Below, in pieces: positions 35,456 to 48,131 of a DNA stretch of 64,000 nt. The stretch is from Nageia nagi (Eukaryota; Plantae; Pinophyta), in contig JBITNC010000001.1 of the NCBI GenBank assembly GCA_050084985.1, positions 150,784,001 through 150,848,000 of the forward strand, written 5' to 3'. The notes beneath the pieces are model-generated. The model made no database searches, was not told the DNA's origin, and worked only from the letters and a program-made list of their open reading frames with translations. Each line of letters begins with the position of its first letter. The first letter of the stretch is position 1. Position numbers and translations under genes: made by a program.

Positions 35456-38065
35456 TTAAGCCTAGTTGTAGTTCCTTTTCTTCACTTGTTGTATTAGTGA
35501 AGAAGAAAGATGGCACTATGAGAATGTGCATTGATTATATGGCCTTGAATAAAAAGATAATAAAAAATAGGTATTCCATCCCTAAAGTTGATGAGATTAT
35601 TGATAAATTACATTGGGCTAAGTACTTTTCAAAAATTGATCTTAGATCAAGATACCATCAAATTTGCATGAGAGAAGAAGACATCCTAAAGACTGCTTTC
35701 AAGTGTCATTTTGGGCATTTTGAATTTATGGTTATGCCCTTTGGTTTGACTAATGCACCTACCACATTCCAATCAGCCATGAATCAAATTTTTAGTAAGT
35801 AGTTAAGGAAATTTGTGTTGGTATTTTCTTATGATATTTTGATTTATAGTAAGTCTTGGGATGAGCACTTACAACATTTGGATACAATTTTAGACATTCT
35901 ATAATAGCAAAATTTTATGCTAAACAGTCCAAGTGTGATTTTGCTATGACTAACATTTTGTATTTAGGACATGTGATCAACCAAGAAGGTGTATAGGTTG
36001 ACAAAGTAAAAATTACAGTAGTACAAAAATGGCCAACCCCTACGAACTTGACTAAATTAAGAGGTTTCATTGGTCTTTGTAGTTACTATAGGAGGTTCAT
36101 TAAGGGTTTTTCTTCCTTGGCTGCCCCACTTAAAGAATTGACTAAGGAGCTTTCTCATGGTCTAATGATGCTTTAGTAGCATTCTTGAAGCTGAAGAAAA
36201 TCATGACTACTACTCCTTTATTTGCTATTCCTAATTTTTCTAGTCCTTTCACTATTGCTTGTGATGCTTTAGGTTTAGGAGTTGGAGCCATACTAATGCG
36301 AAAAGGGCATCCCATTACCTATGAGAGTAGGAAGTTCACCAAGGAGGAGTGCACCTTTAGCATCTATGACAAAGAGATGCTAGCCATTATGCATGCCTTG
36401 AACAAGTTCAAGCAATACTTGGTATGTGGTAAGTTTATGGTCAAGAGTGATCATAATAGTTTGAAATATTTCCTTGGACAATTTGAACTAAATGAAAGAC
36501 AAAAAAAATGGGTTACTAAGTTGTAGTCCTATGATTTCAAAATTAAATTTATGAAAGGGAAGAAGAATTCTATAGACAATACATTATCTAGATCCCCCAA
36601 TTTCATTTGATTTCAATTATTTCATCATATTGGAAGGTTAAAATTATGGTTGAATATGTTAAGAATGCATGGACTTCTAAACTTGTTGATGGAAACCTTT
36701 TAGATGATAGGTATAGCCTTAGAGAAGGGCTAATTTTTTATAAAAATAAAATTTTTATTATACCTGAATCTAAGCTAAAAGAGGGACTTATACATTCCCT
36801 GCATGATGCACCACTTATTGGACATCCTGGTTTCTTTAAAACTTACAAATTGGTGCATGATTGGTTCACTTGGAAGGGGTTGAAAAATGACATTCTCAAG
36901 CATGTGCATAAATGCCAAGTTTACTAAAAAAATAAGATGAAAAACATACTTCTTGCAGGGTTACTACAACCATTGCCAATCCTGAATCAGAATGGGAGAG
37001 TGTGTCCATGGACTTCATCACAAGACTTTCCAAGGTATACATGAGAGATTGCAACTTAGTAGTGGTTGATAGGCTTACTAAATTTTCTCATTTCTTTACA
37101 ATTTTAGCCACTTACATAGCCATGCAAATTGCTAATTTATTTTTCAAAGAAGTTTTTAGATTGCATGGGTTGCTAAATAGTATAGTTAGTGATAAGGACA
37201 GTAGGTTCCTAAGCTTATTTTGGCAAAAATTGTTCAAACTATGTGGTACTAAACTCACTCCTAGCACTAGCTATCACCCTCAAACTGATGGACAAACTAA
37301 AAATGTGAATAAATGGGTTGAAGGTTACTTGAAGAATTATGTTTCTAGCCATCAAAATGCATGAGTTAAGTGGCTACACAAGGGTGAATTTTGTTATAAT
37401 TCCTCTTATCATATGTCCATTAAGATGTCTCCTTTCAAAGCACTTCATGGTTATGATGCTCCAAATTTTACTAATTTGTTATTGAGTGATAGTAGGGTGC
37501 CTAGAGCCCAAGATTTCATTGCAAAATACCAAGACATCATGAGAACATTGAAGAATAACATTCATATTACACAAAATCAATAGAAGAAATATGCAAACCA
37601 GAGAAAGGTGGAGCACTCATTTTAGGAAGGAGACACGGTTTATGTGAGGCTTCAGCCTTACAAGTAGTCCTCTTTGAAGAAAAGTGGTTCAAATAAGCTT
37701 AAACCACATTTTTATGGTCCTTTTAAGGTGTTGCATAAGATTGGTGAAGTGATCTATGAATTGGAGTTACCAAAGGAAAGTAGTATTCATAATGTTTTCC
37801 ATGTTTCATGTCTGAAAAAGGCATTGGTACAATAGTTACAGCCACTTTTAAAGTTGCCTCCTTTGGATGATGAGGGCAAATTAGTGCTTGAACTTGAATT
37901 GATCCTAGAGATAAGGGAGAAGAAGTTGAGGAGTAGAATTCTCAAATAATATCTTATGGAGTGGCATGATTTACCACTTGATGATGCTACATGGGAGGGT
38001 GCTAAAATTTTGAACCATCCAACCTTGCAATTGCTTAAGGACAAGCAATTTGAGGAGGGTGGACT

Positions 38066-39587
38066 TGTAATGTCCCAAAAATAAATATTTTTGTAAATTT
38101 CTCCTACACTTAATTATGAAAATGAAAAGGGGCTCATGTGACTAAGAGACATAATATTAAGTTATTTTCATTATGTTTTATTTCTTTATGTTGTAATAAG
38201 GCACTTTAAGTCAAATTAGGGTTTTGAGATGTCAACTTGAAATTAGATCCTCAAGCTATATGAGAGGACGAAGCATACCATTTTGAGTATGTATTTGCTA
38301 TTATATGACTTTGTATCTAAAACCCTAGGTTTCTTGAGGAAGGTTACACCCTACTCAAACTCCACCATTATTTAAGAGATGTGCTCTAGCTCTATTGGTA
38401 GCATTTGCAGTTGACAAGAGATGAGCCTTGTTGTTGCATTTGCAAACTAAGGATATGTGCCCTTAGTCACTTGAAATTGTTGTGGAAGAAATTCAACCAC
38501 TTTGTGGTGATTTTTGCTATTGTATTTTGTGTCCTTCCTACCCTAGAAGGGGTTTCTAGCTTTATGAGCAATATTCAACTAGATTTCTAGGTTTTTTGAG
38601 TTAATAGAAACCCTAAGGGGGGGTAATCCCACTTTGGAGAGTTTTTTGGTTCATTTTATATTCATATTTATGTACCCTTTTGGATGTTATTTAATTGTAT
38701 CCATTTAGAAATTAATACAATTCTATACTAACTAGTTTTTCTAATTATGGTGCAACATTTGTGCTAATTTCTGTGTTTGAGTATCCAATTTTGTGTAAAA
38801 ATTAGAAATGAGTCATTTCATTGAATCATCTACCATGGAAGGAATTAAACTCTAGGTTTGATTAATTTTTATTTCAAGGGAGGATTTATTTATTTTAAGA
38901 AGAAGCAATAAGGTGAAAAAGATAAAAAAAAAAAATTATTATATATAAGAGAAAAAAAATATTTGAGGAAAATAAAAAATATTTTTATTTTTGTACTTAG
39001 GAAAAATGGAATTATTTTGATTCGAAAAAGGAGTAATAAGGGATTTTTATTATTTTTAATTTTATAAGCAAATTAAAATTAGGAGAGATAAGGTGTTATT
39101 TTTTTAGGTGTCATATTTTATTTGAATTTTTGGAGGGAAAGCATGATGAAAGTGTAAAAAGGCAAATTCAAATCACTCTTGATTCCTATATAGCAAAATG
39201 TTAGGTTAGAGGATGAGCACACTAATTTTGAGATCCAAAATTTAGACTTAAGGAGAGAGAGTTAGACATTGAGAAATAAGAGAGCTTGAGGATTTCTTTG
39301 GAACTTTTAAGGAGTTCATTGAGTATCCAAGAGGAAGATTAACACATGAGGATACTTAGTTGGGTTTTGGAGGTAAAATTCATAGCTTAGGGGAGTTTAT
39401 AGGATTGAGAAGGATTTGATTTCACCATTGCATAACCAAGAATCCTATGTCCACATTTTGAGTCCATAATTTATTTTTTTTTAAAGATGAATCCAAACAC
39501 ATGCATCTTGTGAATTCATTTGATTGAAAGGAAGAATTGAGACACTAAGAATCTTAATTGAAATCCATTAGAGCTAGGGCACTATCA
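38066..39587 (+). mobile_element. 3' LTR of element X
   Basis: Starts TGTAATGTCCC directly after PPT GAGGAGGGTGGA; TATA CCTATATAG ~39185. The end at GGGCACTATCA is inferred because no partner LTR is available. Confidence 0.65.
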
Positions 39588-42500
39588 TGGCATCCTCTAG
39601 AATGCAGAGGGAAGAGTCTTTTCCTAAAAATATTCTAAGGTACTATTCAATTTGTTGTTATTCCAAGGAGCTTTAGAAGTTGGATCATAATTGTGAAGGC
39701 TCAAACAAGGGTTTTCGCATTGGTAGAGCTTTCATGGAAAGAATTTATCAAAAAGGAAAAATTCACCAAAGGGATTGCACATGTTGGAGAGAGGGAGACA
39801 CCATAAACAATTAGGTAAACTCCAATGATGAAAAACTTACTACAACATTACATAAATTATTCCAAGTCTATTCTACTCTTCCTCATGGCATAAAGGCATC
39901 ATTCAACTTTCGATACTTCATTGAGATCGTAAGGGGAGAGGAAGAAGAGGTGTTTGAGTCACAAAGATAAATTCCTCAAATTTCTCAAAAATGAAAAACC
40001 AAAGAGTAAGTAGTAACCCATGTTGATCCATCTCTATCCAAACATAGGGAAGGTGGGTCCTAAAAGACATATACAGGGAAGAGGGTTCATGACCAAAGAA
40101 GGCCAAGGGAACACTACAAAATTGGAAAGGAAAATTAGGCTCCCAACATGCCTAATCAAGCAAGGCAAGATCCACATTTTTTGAGAGTCATTTTAGATAT
40201 TAGGATGTTTGAGGAGGGGAACAAAAAGCTACCTCACTAGAGTTATATCATAGTTAGAGAAGAATTCATTAGTAAAATAATACTTATCATGCTTGATAAT
40301 GGAGAAACAAGGAGCTTCATTGACAAGAGATTTTGTAGCAAAGAAGAACTTGCCCACCAAGGATGTGGGAGGGATATATGTTACCAATGCCAATGGTTAC
40401 TACATAGTTTGCAATAAGATAGTGAAGATTAGGATCAATATGAGAAACTACATACTTGAGGATGATTTCTATGTTTTTTCTCAAGATGGTTTGTAGTAAG
40501 TTATGCTTGGGGTTCAATGGATGCATCCATTGGAAGATAGCCAAATAAACTTCTAAACTCAAGAAGTAAGTTTCACATTCAAGAGACAAAATGTCACCAA
40601 CAAAGGAGTAAGGATCAACCATGAGCTATGATTGGCCATAACACAAGGAGAATTAATCCCTTTGGCCCCAAAAGCCTTCGAGATAGCTACACTTGACCAC
40701 ATTCATAGAAACAAATTAGTGAAACCAAAGAGGAAGCTAGTTTTTTTATCAAAATGACCAACTAGAGTATGAAGATTCTATTCTCTCCATGACACATGAT
40801 TTTGAAGACAAAGAGAAGGATCAAGAAGACTCTGTTGTAGCTATGGATGTTCTAAATTGTTAGGGGACAACCAACTTGGGAAGGAAGGATTTGTAATGTG
40901 CCTATTTTAATGGTGGTTTTTTCCATTTCACCATTGATAAATGGGAACATTAGTTTAGGAGTGAATTTATCTATTTTAGTATTTTTTGGCCAATTATTTT
41001 AAGTTCCACTTAGATACTTAGTTAATTGCTCTAATTATGGAACTTAGACCTTTATTTAGTTTATTATGTATAATTGAGTTCCTTAGTATGCCAATAATAT
41101 TGTATTAATGATATCAAGGCCATTATGATTATAAATATTAATCTCCAATTAATGGGAAATTGAATATGTAGCCTTGATGATTGTAAATTGGAATTATATG
41201 GTGCTTTTATCATTAATGCTCCCATATTCAAGGTAGAGAATCCTTCTAGGTGATTACATCGACTATGAGGTGTATCATAGACTTTTAAGATTGGACATGG
41301 CATTCCAATAGGGATATTTAGCATTTCGAGGTAAAAAATAGCTCCCATACTTGGATGTTGGGCATAACTAGCCTTTAATACCCCATGTTGGTATTATGGA
41401 GGGGATTTAATCCCCATGTTGGAGATATGGGCATCCCTAAGCCCCATGTCACCATCCTAGAGGTATTTGGATGCATGGCACTAACATCAAGGTACTTCTA
41501 ATCCCCCCTCATACCAATGTTAGGTACTTGGATGTGATTTCATTTATCCTAAGGATCTCCAATCATGATGTTGATAGCTAGAGCACATAGATCACTCCTC
41601 TACACTATTATATCATCTCAATGCAATATTATAAGATGGAATACCTATCCTATATAAGGAGAACTACTAGATTATACAATATATGCTGAATTTATGATTA
41701 AACCCCCTTTTATCAGACCAAGTGTGAGAACTCTTTCTTTACCACTTATGGAGCAATATGCATTTGAGTCTTGAGGTGATTGACAGATAGCCTTGAGCTT
41801 ACTCCAACTATTCAAGAGAGAAACCTTGATTATTCCCTCATAGAGAAGTAGGAAAGCCTTGGGATTGGCCTTGTAGCTGCTATGATTAGTGAGGCCCTGG
41901 AGGCATCCACAAAAACCCCTATTGGAGGAAACCTTGGTGTAAGCTCCATATGCACAAAAACATTGTAATTATGGTTCTACCATTGCTATCTTAATACAAT
42001 TACATTTTTTTTCTATAATTTGCTATTTTTCTCTTTCTACTTAGATGTTGGATCTGGAGTGATATTTTGTATCTTAAATTTCTATTTTGCCTTCTTCATT
42101 CCTATGTTGGGTTTATGTGAGAATTTTTAGTTTGTTATTGTAATTTCATCATAATTAGCTAGACATTGGAGTGTTTTTGCAATTTTGAGGAGAATTGGAC
42201 AAGTTCAGAACTTCAAGACAAAACATCCCTCTCTAAGGGCATGTTTGAGCATGATCCATCGATTTGTAATCATCATAATATCTAATAAACCTATCTAAGT
42301 TTTATGATCTAAGCATTATTGTGAACTAGATTGGAACCTAGAATTTAGATCCATCCAAGTGGAGGGTAGATAAGGAGTTTGTGGGCATTGTAATGTGTTC
42401 AAGAAGCCCTAAGAGAGGGCTTTATACCTGTAGGAGGCATACTTGCATTCAAAAAGGTCAAATCAATCCCAACCAGCCAAATATTTTCTTCATAGGAGGG

Positions 42501-44329
42501 TTATTTACATTCAAGAAAGTTAGATCTACATATTTCAATTTGATATCATCCCTATAGAGCCAAATTAAGGGTTTTAAAGCATCAATGTCAACTACATCAA
42601 TCAGACATCTTATGTATGAGGGTAATTTGGTGATAATCTCTAGTATTTTGAAGTTAAGCTAGGGTTTGTATTTTTGTTTTTGCTATTTAATTTTCATTTC
42701 TATTTGTTGTGATCTTAGTATGGTTTGTATGCAAGAGAAAAATTAATAAAAAGATAAATATTTTAGATTTATTATTTGGCATACAAATTCTATTTTCAAT
42801 TTTTATATTTTACTTATATTTTGTGTTTGACACATTACATTATCTAAAACTAACCAACTTATAATGTATTATAGAACCAAATCCTTCTTCTTATCTTTGT
42901 TCATCTTGAATTTTAATTGTAGATATACATCAACACTACAAACAAATTCTACAAGTAACCTTGTTAAGGGGGTAGGTGGATGTCAAAAGAAGGTAATTGG
43001 GATCATCCAACTTATTATAGCATTAAGCTACACTACAATGGGGTATTGAAAGGTGATCCATGCTAGGTGGATGTTAAAAGAAAGTAAAGTGGGATCATCT
43101 AAGTTGTAGCTTAATACTAAATTTCAATTAGCTTTAAAATAGCTAGACAAGTGTTATTGCTTACAAAGTTATAAGCAATAGAGGAAAGTGAGAATCTATA
43201 GCTAACATCCTTTTGACATAGTGACAACATTCTTTATGATTTTAGCTTCTTAAAATTATCATATATGGAGTGTGTAGCCTTGTCATGTTTCAAAAAAGGA
43301 CATTTGGTTACAGAACAAATAAGTTCTTATGTAACTATTTATAAGAGTTTATCATTCTTAGATGATATACTTTCTCCAAGGTCTTTAATTTTGTATTTCT
43401 TGGGCCTTATTTCCATCCTGGTTATTTTTTTAACATCTGATGATAGTTAGCAATGTGGGGTGTATCATTTGAATGAAATTTGTGTTGTGCCACTAGCATA
43501 TTCTCCCTTATCCAATGATGCTTATGTATTAATTATTTTATAAAATACTTTGTTATACTGATATATGCTAGAAGAGTGTTGTTTATATCTTTATTAGATC
43601 AATCCTTTCCTTTTTGCATGCTCATTTAGCTATCAAGAAGTTTCCTTCATACTTTTAGTTTGTAGTACAAGTAATTGAAAGTTTGGTAGTGTAGCATTTT
43701 GTATTCTATCAAAATCTATTGTTGTAATGGTAAACAATATTGTCCCTTATCTTGGTGGATTTTACCTTTTTTGTGATTAGAAGGGCTACAAAGGTTTTGT
43801 TAATGCAATTATTAGTGCCTTGCAGTAGGGTAGACATCTTTAACTTACCAAACATTTTATGTTGAACACATTGTCATTAGTTACAATTTCATGTTTTCAT
43901 TTGTGGTAGCTACATGTAATGATAGCTACATTGGTCTAATACTTAATCACACTTGAATATTGAATACTCTTGTTTCAATTTTTGTAACCATATTCCATTT
44001 CCTTTGCATCGTCCATTTCTTGAAGTTTAAGATGTCATAATTTTTGTAACATATAACATATGCTATCGTATTTAGTTACATGTTTTTGAATTCATCAAAT
44101 TAATACACCTTTTTCTTCAAAAAAAGGGTTAGCTAAATTTGGTTTATTGACACTTGATTGTATAATGATTTCAGGGTATATTTAATTGATATATTTTCTT
44201 TGATATATTTTTATTTTTGAATATTTTTTGATAGGTCTTATAAATCATTGAGTTTAAAAGGATGTTAAAAGATTCATCTATCTATCTATAATTTATTAAT
44301 TTTTAAGTTTCTTTCCATTCAACTTTAGA

Positions 44330-45060
44330 ATGATGAGAAAGTTATTAAACTCTAGTTTTTGCTCCATTAGTTATAAGATTTCAAGTGTATGAAGCATTTT
44401 ACATAAAGTGTTAGCCAAATTTGTTTTATATTTTTCCTTAGTATATTATGAGGAGCATGATCTTTATGAGATGATTTGTAATTTTTGATCTAAAATTGGA
44501 TTAGTAATAAGTTAAGGAACCTAGAACCAATGTTGGCATGAGCATCATCATTTAAGGGAGCATCAAGTTGGGATTCCTGAAGAATTAGATATTGATACTT
44601 TAGTGAATTGTGGAGAGAGGTATTTACTTCATCCAAGTGAGTCTAGAAACTTGATCAGACATGTCTATTTTTCCAAATAGTCCTTGGCCTCTTGACATGA
44701 TGAGGAAGTTGTTAAACTATAATGTTTTCTCCATTATTTATAAGATTTCAAGTGTATTAAGCTTGTTACATAAACTATTGGCCAAATTTGTTTTATATTT
44801 TTCCTTAGTATATTATAAGGAGCATAAGATTTATGAGATAATTTATAATTTTTGATTTGAAATTAGATCAATAATAAGTTAAAGAGCCTAGTGCTAACAT
44901 TGATGTGAGCATCAACACTAAAGGGAGCACCAACATTGGGATTCTTTAAGAATTAGGTGTTGATACTTTAGTGGATTGTGGAGAGAGGTGTTTGCTTCAT
45001 CCAAGGGGGTTTGTAAAAGTATCATATACATTTTTTCCATAAAAATTCCTTGAACTATTG
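44330..45060 (+). repeat. Two-copy ~368-bp tandem duplication spanning flank and LTR start of element E
   Basis: ATGATGAG.AAGTT.TTAAACT... begins at 44330 and 44698; each unit includes the first ~210 bp of the LTR. Confidence 0.85.
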
Positions 45061-46949
45061 ACCTAATTGAAGACCTGACTTAGGTAGCCTTCACTTGAGT
45101 ATGACTCAAATTAATACACTAAATGATGGTGCTAATGTTGAGTTGAGTGCTGACATTAAGATTCATTTGGAGTTTTTCCTTTAAATTTTGGAGTTGAACT
45201 TGAATAGGATTGTAATATTTTTTGGTTGCTTCCTATTCAAATTTCCATGTAATTATCTTGGCACCAACATTGATTGACCAAAACATATTGGTGGAAGTTT
45301 AAGTGGTTTTGCATGTTTTAAAATTGGTTCTTAGGAGTTGGAAAGTTGTGTAACTATCCAAAAGGCATTGGTTTTTATCAATAGACATCAATATAACTTC
45401 TTTAGCAATGAATTCTTGCATTATCCATTCATATAAAATATAGGTGAAAAGGAGAACAATCATCTTTCATGTTTTCTTATAGTAGAGAGTTGTATAGGAA
45501 GGTTGTTGGGCATGGTGTGTAGAACAAAAGGCCACCTTGTGATTGTAAAGTTTTATTATGCAAAACTAATATCTAATGCTCTTGATTTTGATTATTGAAG
45601 GCAGAGAATGTTGAATAAAGAGAAAATATTAGTATTAAAATCTTTATTTGAAGATCCTTTGAAAGTCATCGGCTTAAGGTAATTAAAGATCATGTGGTAT
45701 TAGAGTTGGTTGAGATTGTTATTAGGCATATATTAATTTTTTGTAGAGTTATGGTTATTTTATATTTATGACCAAATCTAATAGTGGAGAGAACTTGGTG
45801 GAGATAGACCCTAAGATTAGCTCTATAATTTAGTTGACAAAATAAAAAGGAATTGCCATGGAAAATGATGAGTTGAAGAGGAAGATTGAAACCATAGAAG
45901 AAATGATAAAATACTTGGTCACTATAATTATAGAGTTAAGGACCATAAATGCAAGAAAGGAACCTGATTTGGGAGAGTTCACAATATGCACCAAAGTTGC
46001 CTTTCAAACTAGAGGTAAAATTTGACCTTAAATTTTTGGATGTGAAATTAATGATGAAAAATTAAATCAATGATTAAAGAAAATGGAGGTATTTTTTATA
46101 ATACAAAATATTGAGGATGATAATGATAATATTTAGTTAGCTAGTCTCAAATTGGAGGGACATGCTTTACTTTGGTGGCTAGCATATTGTGATGCCACAA
46201 GAATCATGATGACTTTAGTGTTTCAAGTTGGAAGAGTTTCAAGGAACTTTTACAAAATCCTTTTTACCCTCTTTTCCATCAATAAAATTATATCATGGAG
46301 TGGTTACATTTAAAACAAGAGAAAGGGAAAAGTTTTCAAGAATACAAAAATGAATTCAAAAAGAGGACTATACTAGCTGGTGTTTCCTTGAAAAGCTAAG
46401 AGACTTTGTTGAAGTACATTGAAGGTTTGTATAGTTATCTTCGCCATACTATTTTTCTTTTTAATCCTTTGAATTTGGATCAAGTTTTTATTTAGGAAAA
46501 ACACTTAGAGACTCATAGGAAGACCAAAAATAAGGAAAAAGACTATAAGAAGAAGCCATAAGAGAAGGACAAGGTTAATGCAACAACAAAGAAGAATGAT
46601 GATAAGAAGACTCAATGCTTGAACTACAAGAAGACAAATTATGAGGAAGATAATTGTTTATATACACACCCAAATATTAGACCCAAATGGTTTAAGGAGA
46701 AACCTAAGAAATGACAACATCAATGCTAAAAGCAATACGAACACTGGAGGAACACAAGTTTTGTGAGGTTGAAGATTACTCAAATGTTGATGAAACACTT
46801 AATTACATGGTTCTTAGTGGCTCATCATAAAAAGGTGCAAAAAAGGAGAAGAAAATGTAGGTGTTCTACATCAAGGTTCATGCTAAGAATACTAATATTG
46901 ATGTACTTGTTGATCCTAGTTCTCAAGTGAATCTAATTTCAGAAAATAT

Positions 46950-48131
46950 CACTACTACCAAAAGGTTAGTTATTATTAGAGTGAGTCTTAGAATAGTGAT
47001 TTTTTTAATGCCATTAGCATGAATAGGCATCATAATTGATTTTAGTCATTTTATTTCATGTTATGATGCTATAATTATTGCTAAAACTATTGCTAAATCT
47101 GATGCCAATTGTTGTTGCCAACTATTGCTAAAATTGTTCCTAAAGTTGATGCCAACTATTGATAGAACTATTGCTAAGGTTGATTCTAACTATTGCTAGA
47201 ACTGTTGCTAAGGTTGATACCATTTAGCATGAGCCATAGCATCAAGAGGCACTAAATGAGAAAATGAGCACATAGATCATCAAGAAACACATATAAAATA
47301 TCCAAAATTTAACATAATCACATGGTTATGACTTCTTTGAAGACTTTAAAAAATGGATGTCAATCACATATTATGGTTGTGAATGCCCTAATATCATGAA
47401 CACAAATGAGTTCCTTTGAAGGTAAAATGGAGGGATATTTGTAACAGGATTTATACATACATTTAAGACTCTAATAAAAGCATATTTCTATCAAATTTTG
47501 TTGTTGTGAATAGCCTGGCAGACATGTATGAAAAATGTAGAAGCATAGATAAGACACACATGATCCAATCAAATCACCTTTTTATCATCCTCAAAGCACA
47601 CACCACACTAGGATATTTTCAACAAGGTTTATACATACATCAAATATTTTAAAACCAAATTTCTATCAAATGTTTTGGCTATGAATGCCCTTGTAGACAT
47701 GTATGCAAAATGTGGAAGCATAGAGAAGGCACATAATTATTTTCCAAGATGCATGATGTAAACATAATTTCATTAAAATGGTTTAACAAGTATGCCCTTA
47801 AACTCTTTAATCTAATGAAGCACTTGGGAACCAACCCAAGTAATAACATATCTTGTGTGTATAGTGTAAACCTTATGCATGTATCAACTTTTTGATGCTA
47901 TAGTTGATACTAGAGACTTTTTAACACCAAGGAATGACACAATATGATTCTATAAGTGATGCTAAATGTATCTTATCCTAACACCTTATGTGTCTACATA
48001 TAACACCAATAGTGTTTCCTTGTATAACATGGTAATTAGCATCAATTATGGTGTCAGAGCATGAGAATGTTTTTTTTATATACTACAATTCAATGCCTAC
48101 ATTGACATTAAACACTTATAATGTAGTAGTT
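46950..48131. mobile_element. Non-autonomous CACTA element carrying host gene fragments (Pack-CACTA)
   Basis: Termini CACTACTAC...GTAGTAGT(T); subterminal ~33-bp repeats at 47075-47220; interrupts the protease frame of E, which resumes at ~48133. Confidence 0.75.
47330..47850 (+). pseudogene. PLS-class PPR gene fragments inside the CACTA element
   Basis: FLSNFVVVNSLADMYEKCRSIDKTH; QITFFIILKAHTTLGYFQQGLYIHQ; FLSNVLAMNALVDMYAKCGSIEKAH; KMHDVNIIS; ALKLFNLMKHLGTNP. Confidence 0.88.

Larger units (their letters stand above)
28012..38080 (+). pseudogene. Element X: chromovirus-type (Reina-like) Gypsy gag-pol with PR, RT, RNase H, integrase and chromodomain; disrupted, split by element D
   Basis: [107 protein letters not shown]. 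Confidence 0.93.
27679..42277 (+). mobile_element. Element B: non-autonomous Gypsy inserted in the 3' LTR of A
   Basis: TSD ATATC (27674-27678, 42278-42282). Truncated 5' LTR 27679-~28000 matches the start of the 3' LTR 40892-42277. Short internal region 39588-40891 has a protease remnant (LDNGETRSFID, LEDDFYVF, MLGVQW) and PPT GGGAAGGAAGGA. Confidence 0.8.
21776..42839 (+). mobile_element. Element A: old non-autonomous Ty3/Gypsy (chromovirus-derived), outermost member of the nest
   Basis: 5' LTR 21776-23298 (TGTAATG...ATTACA), PBS TGGTATCAAAG at 23300, degraded gag and protease (~23340-25200), chromodomain remnant YLVKWK..ATWE (~27015-27062), PPT 27113-27123, 3' LTR 27126-27678 plus 42283-42839, TSD TTATT/TTATC. 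Confidence 0.88.
18848..44470 (+). repeat. Segmental tandem duplication, copy 2, interrupted by SINE, MITE and the 21776-42839 retrotransposon nest
   Basis: 21570-21770 matches 16845-17085. Similarity resumes at 42845 (TAACCAACTT..AATGTA.TATAGAACCAAAT, cf. 17099) and continues to ~44470 (cf. 18645). Confidence 0.88.

Noticed and set aside
39588-39600. PBS after LTR X making it a shared central LTR
   Set aside because: TGGCATCCTC matches the tRNA-Met PBS poorly and reads equally well as internal sequence of element B.
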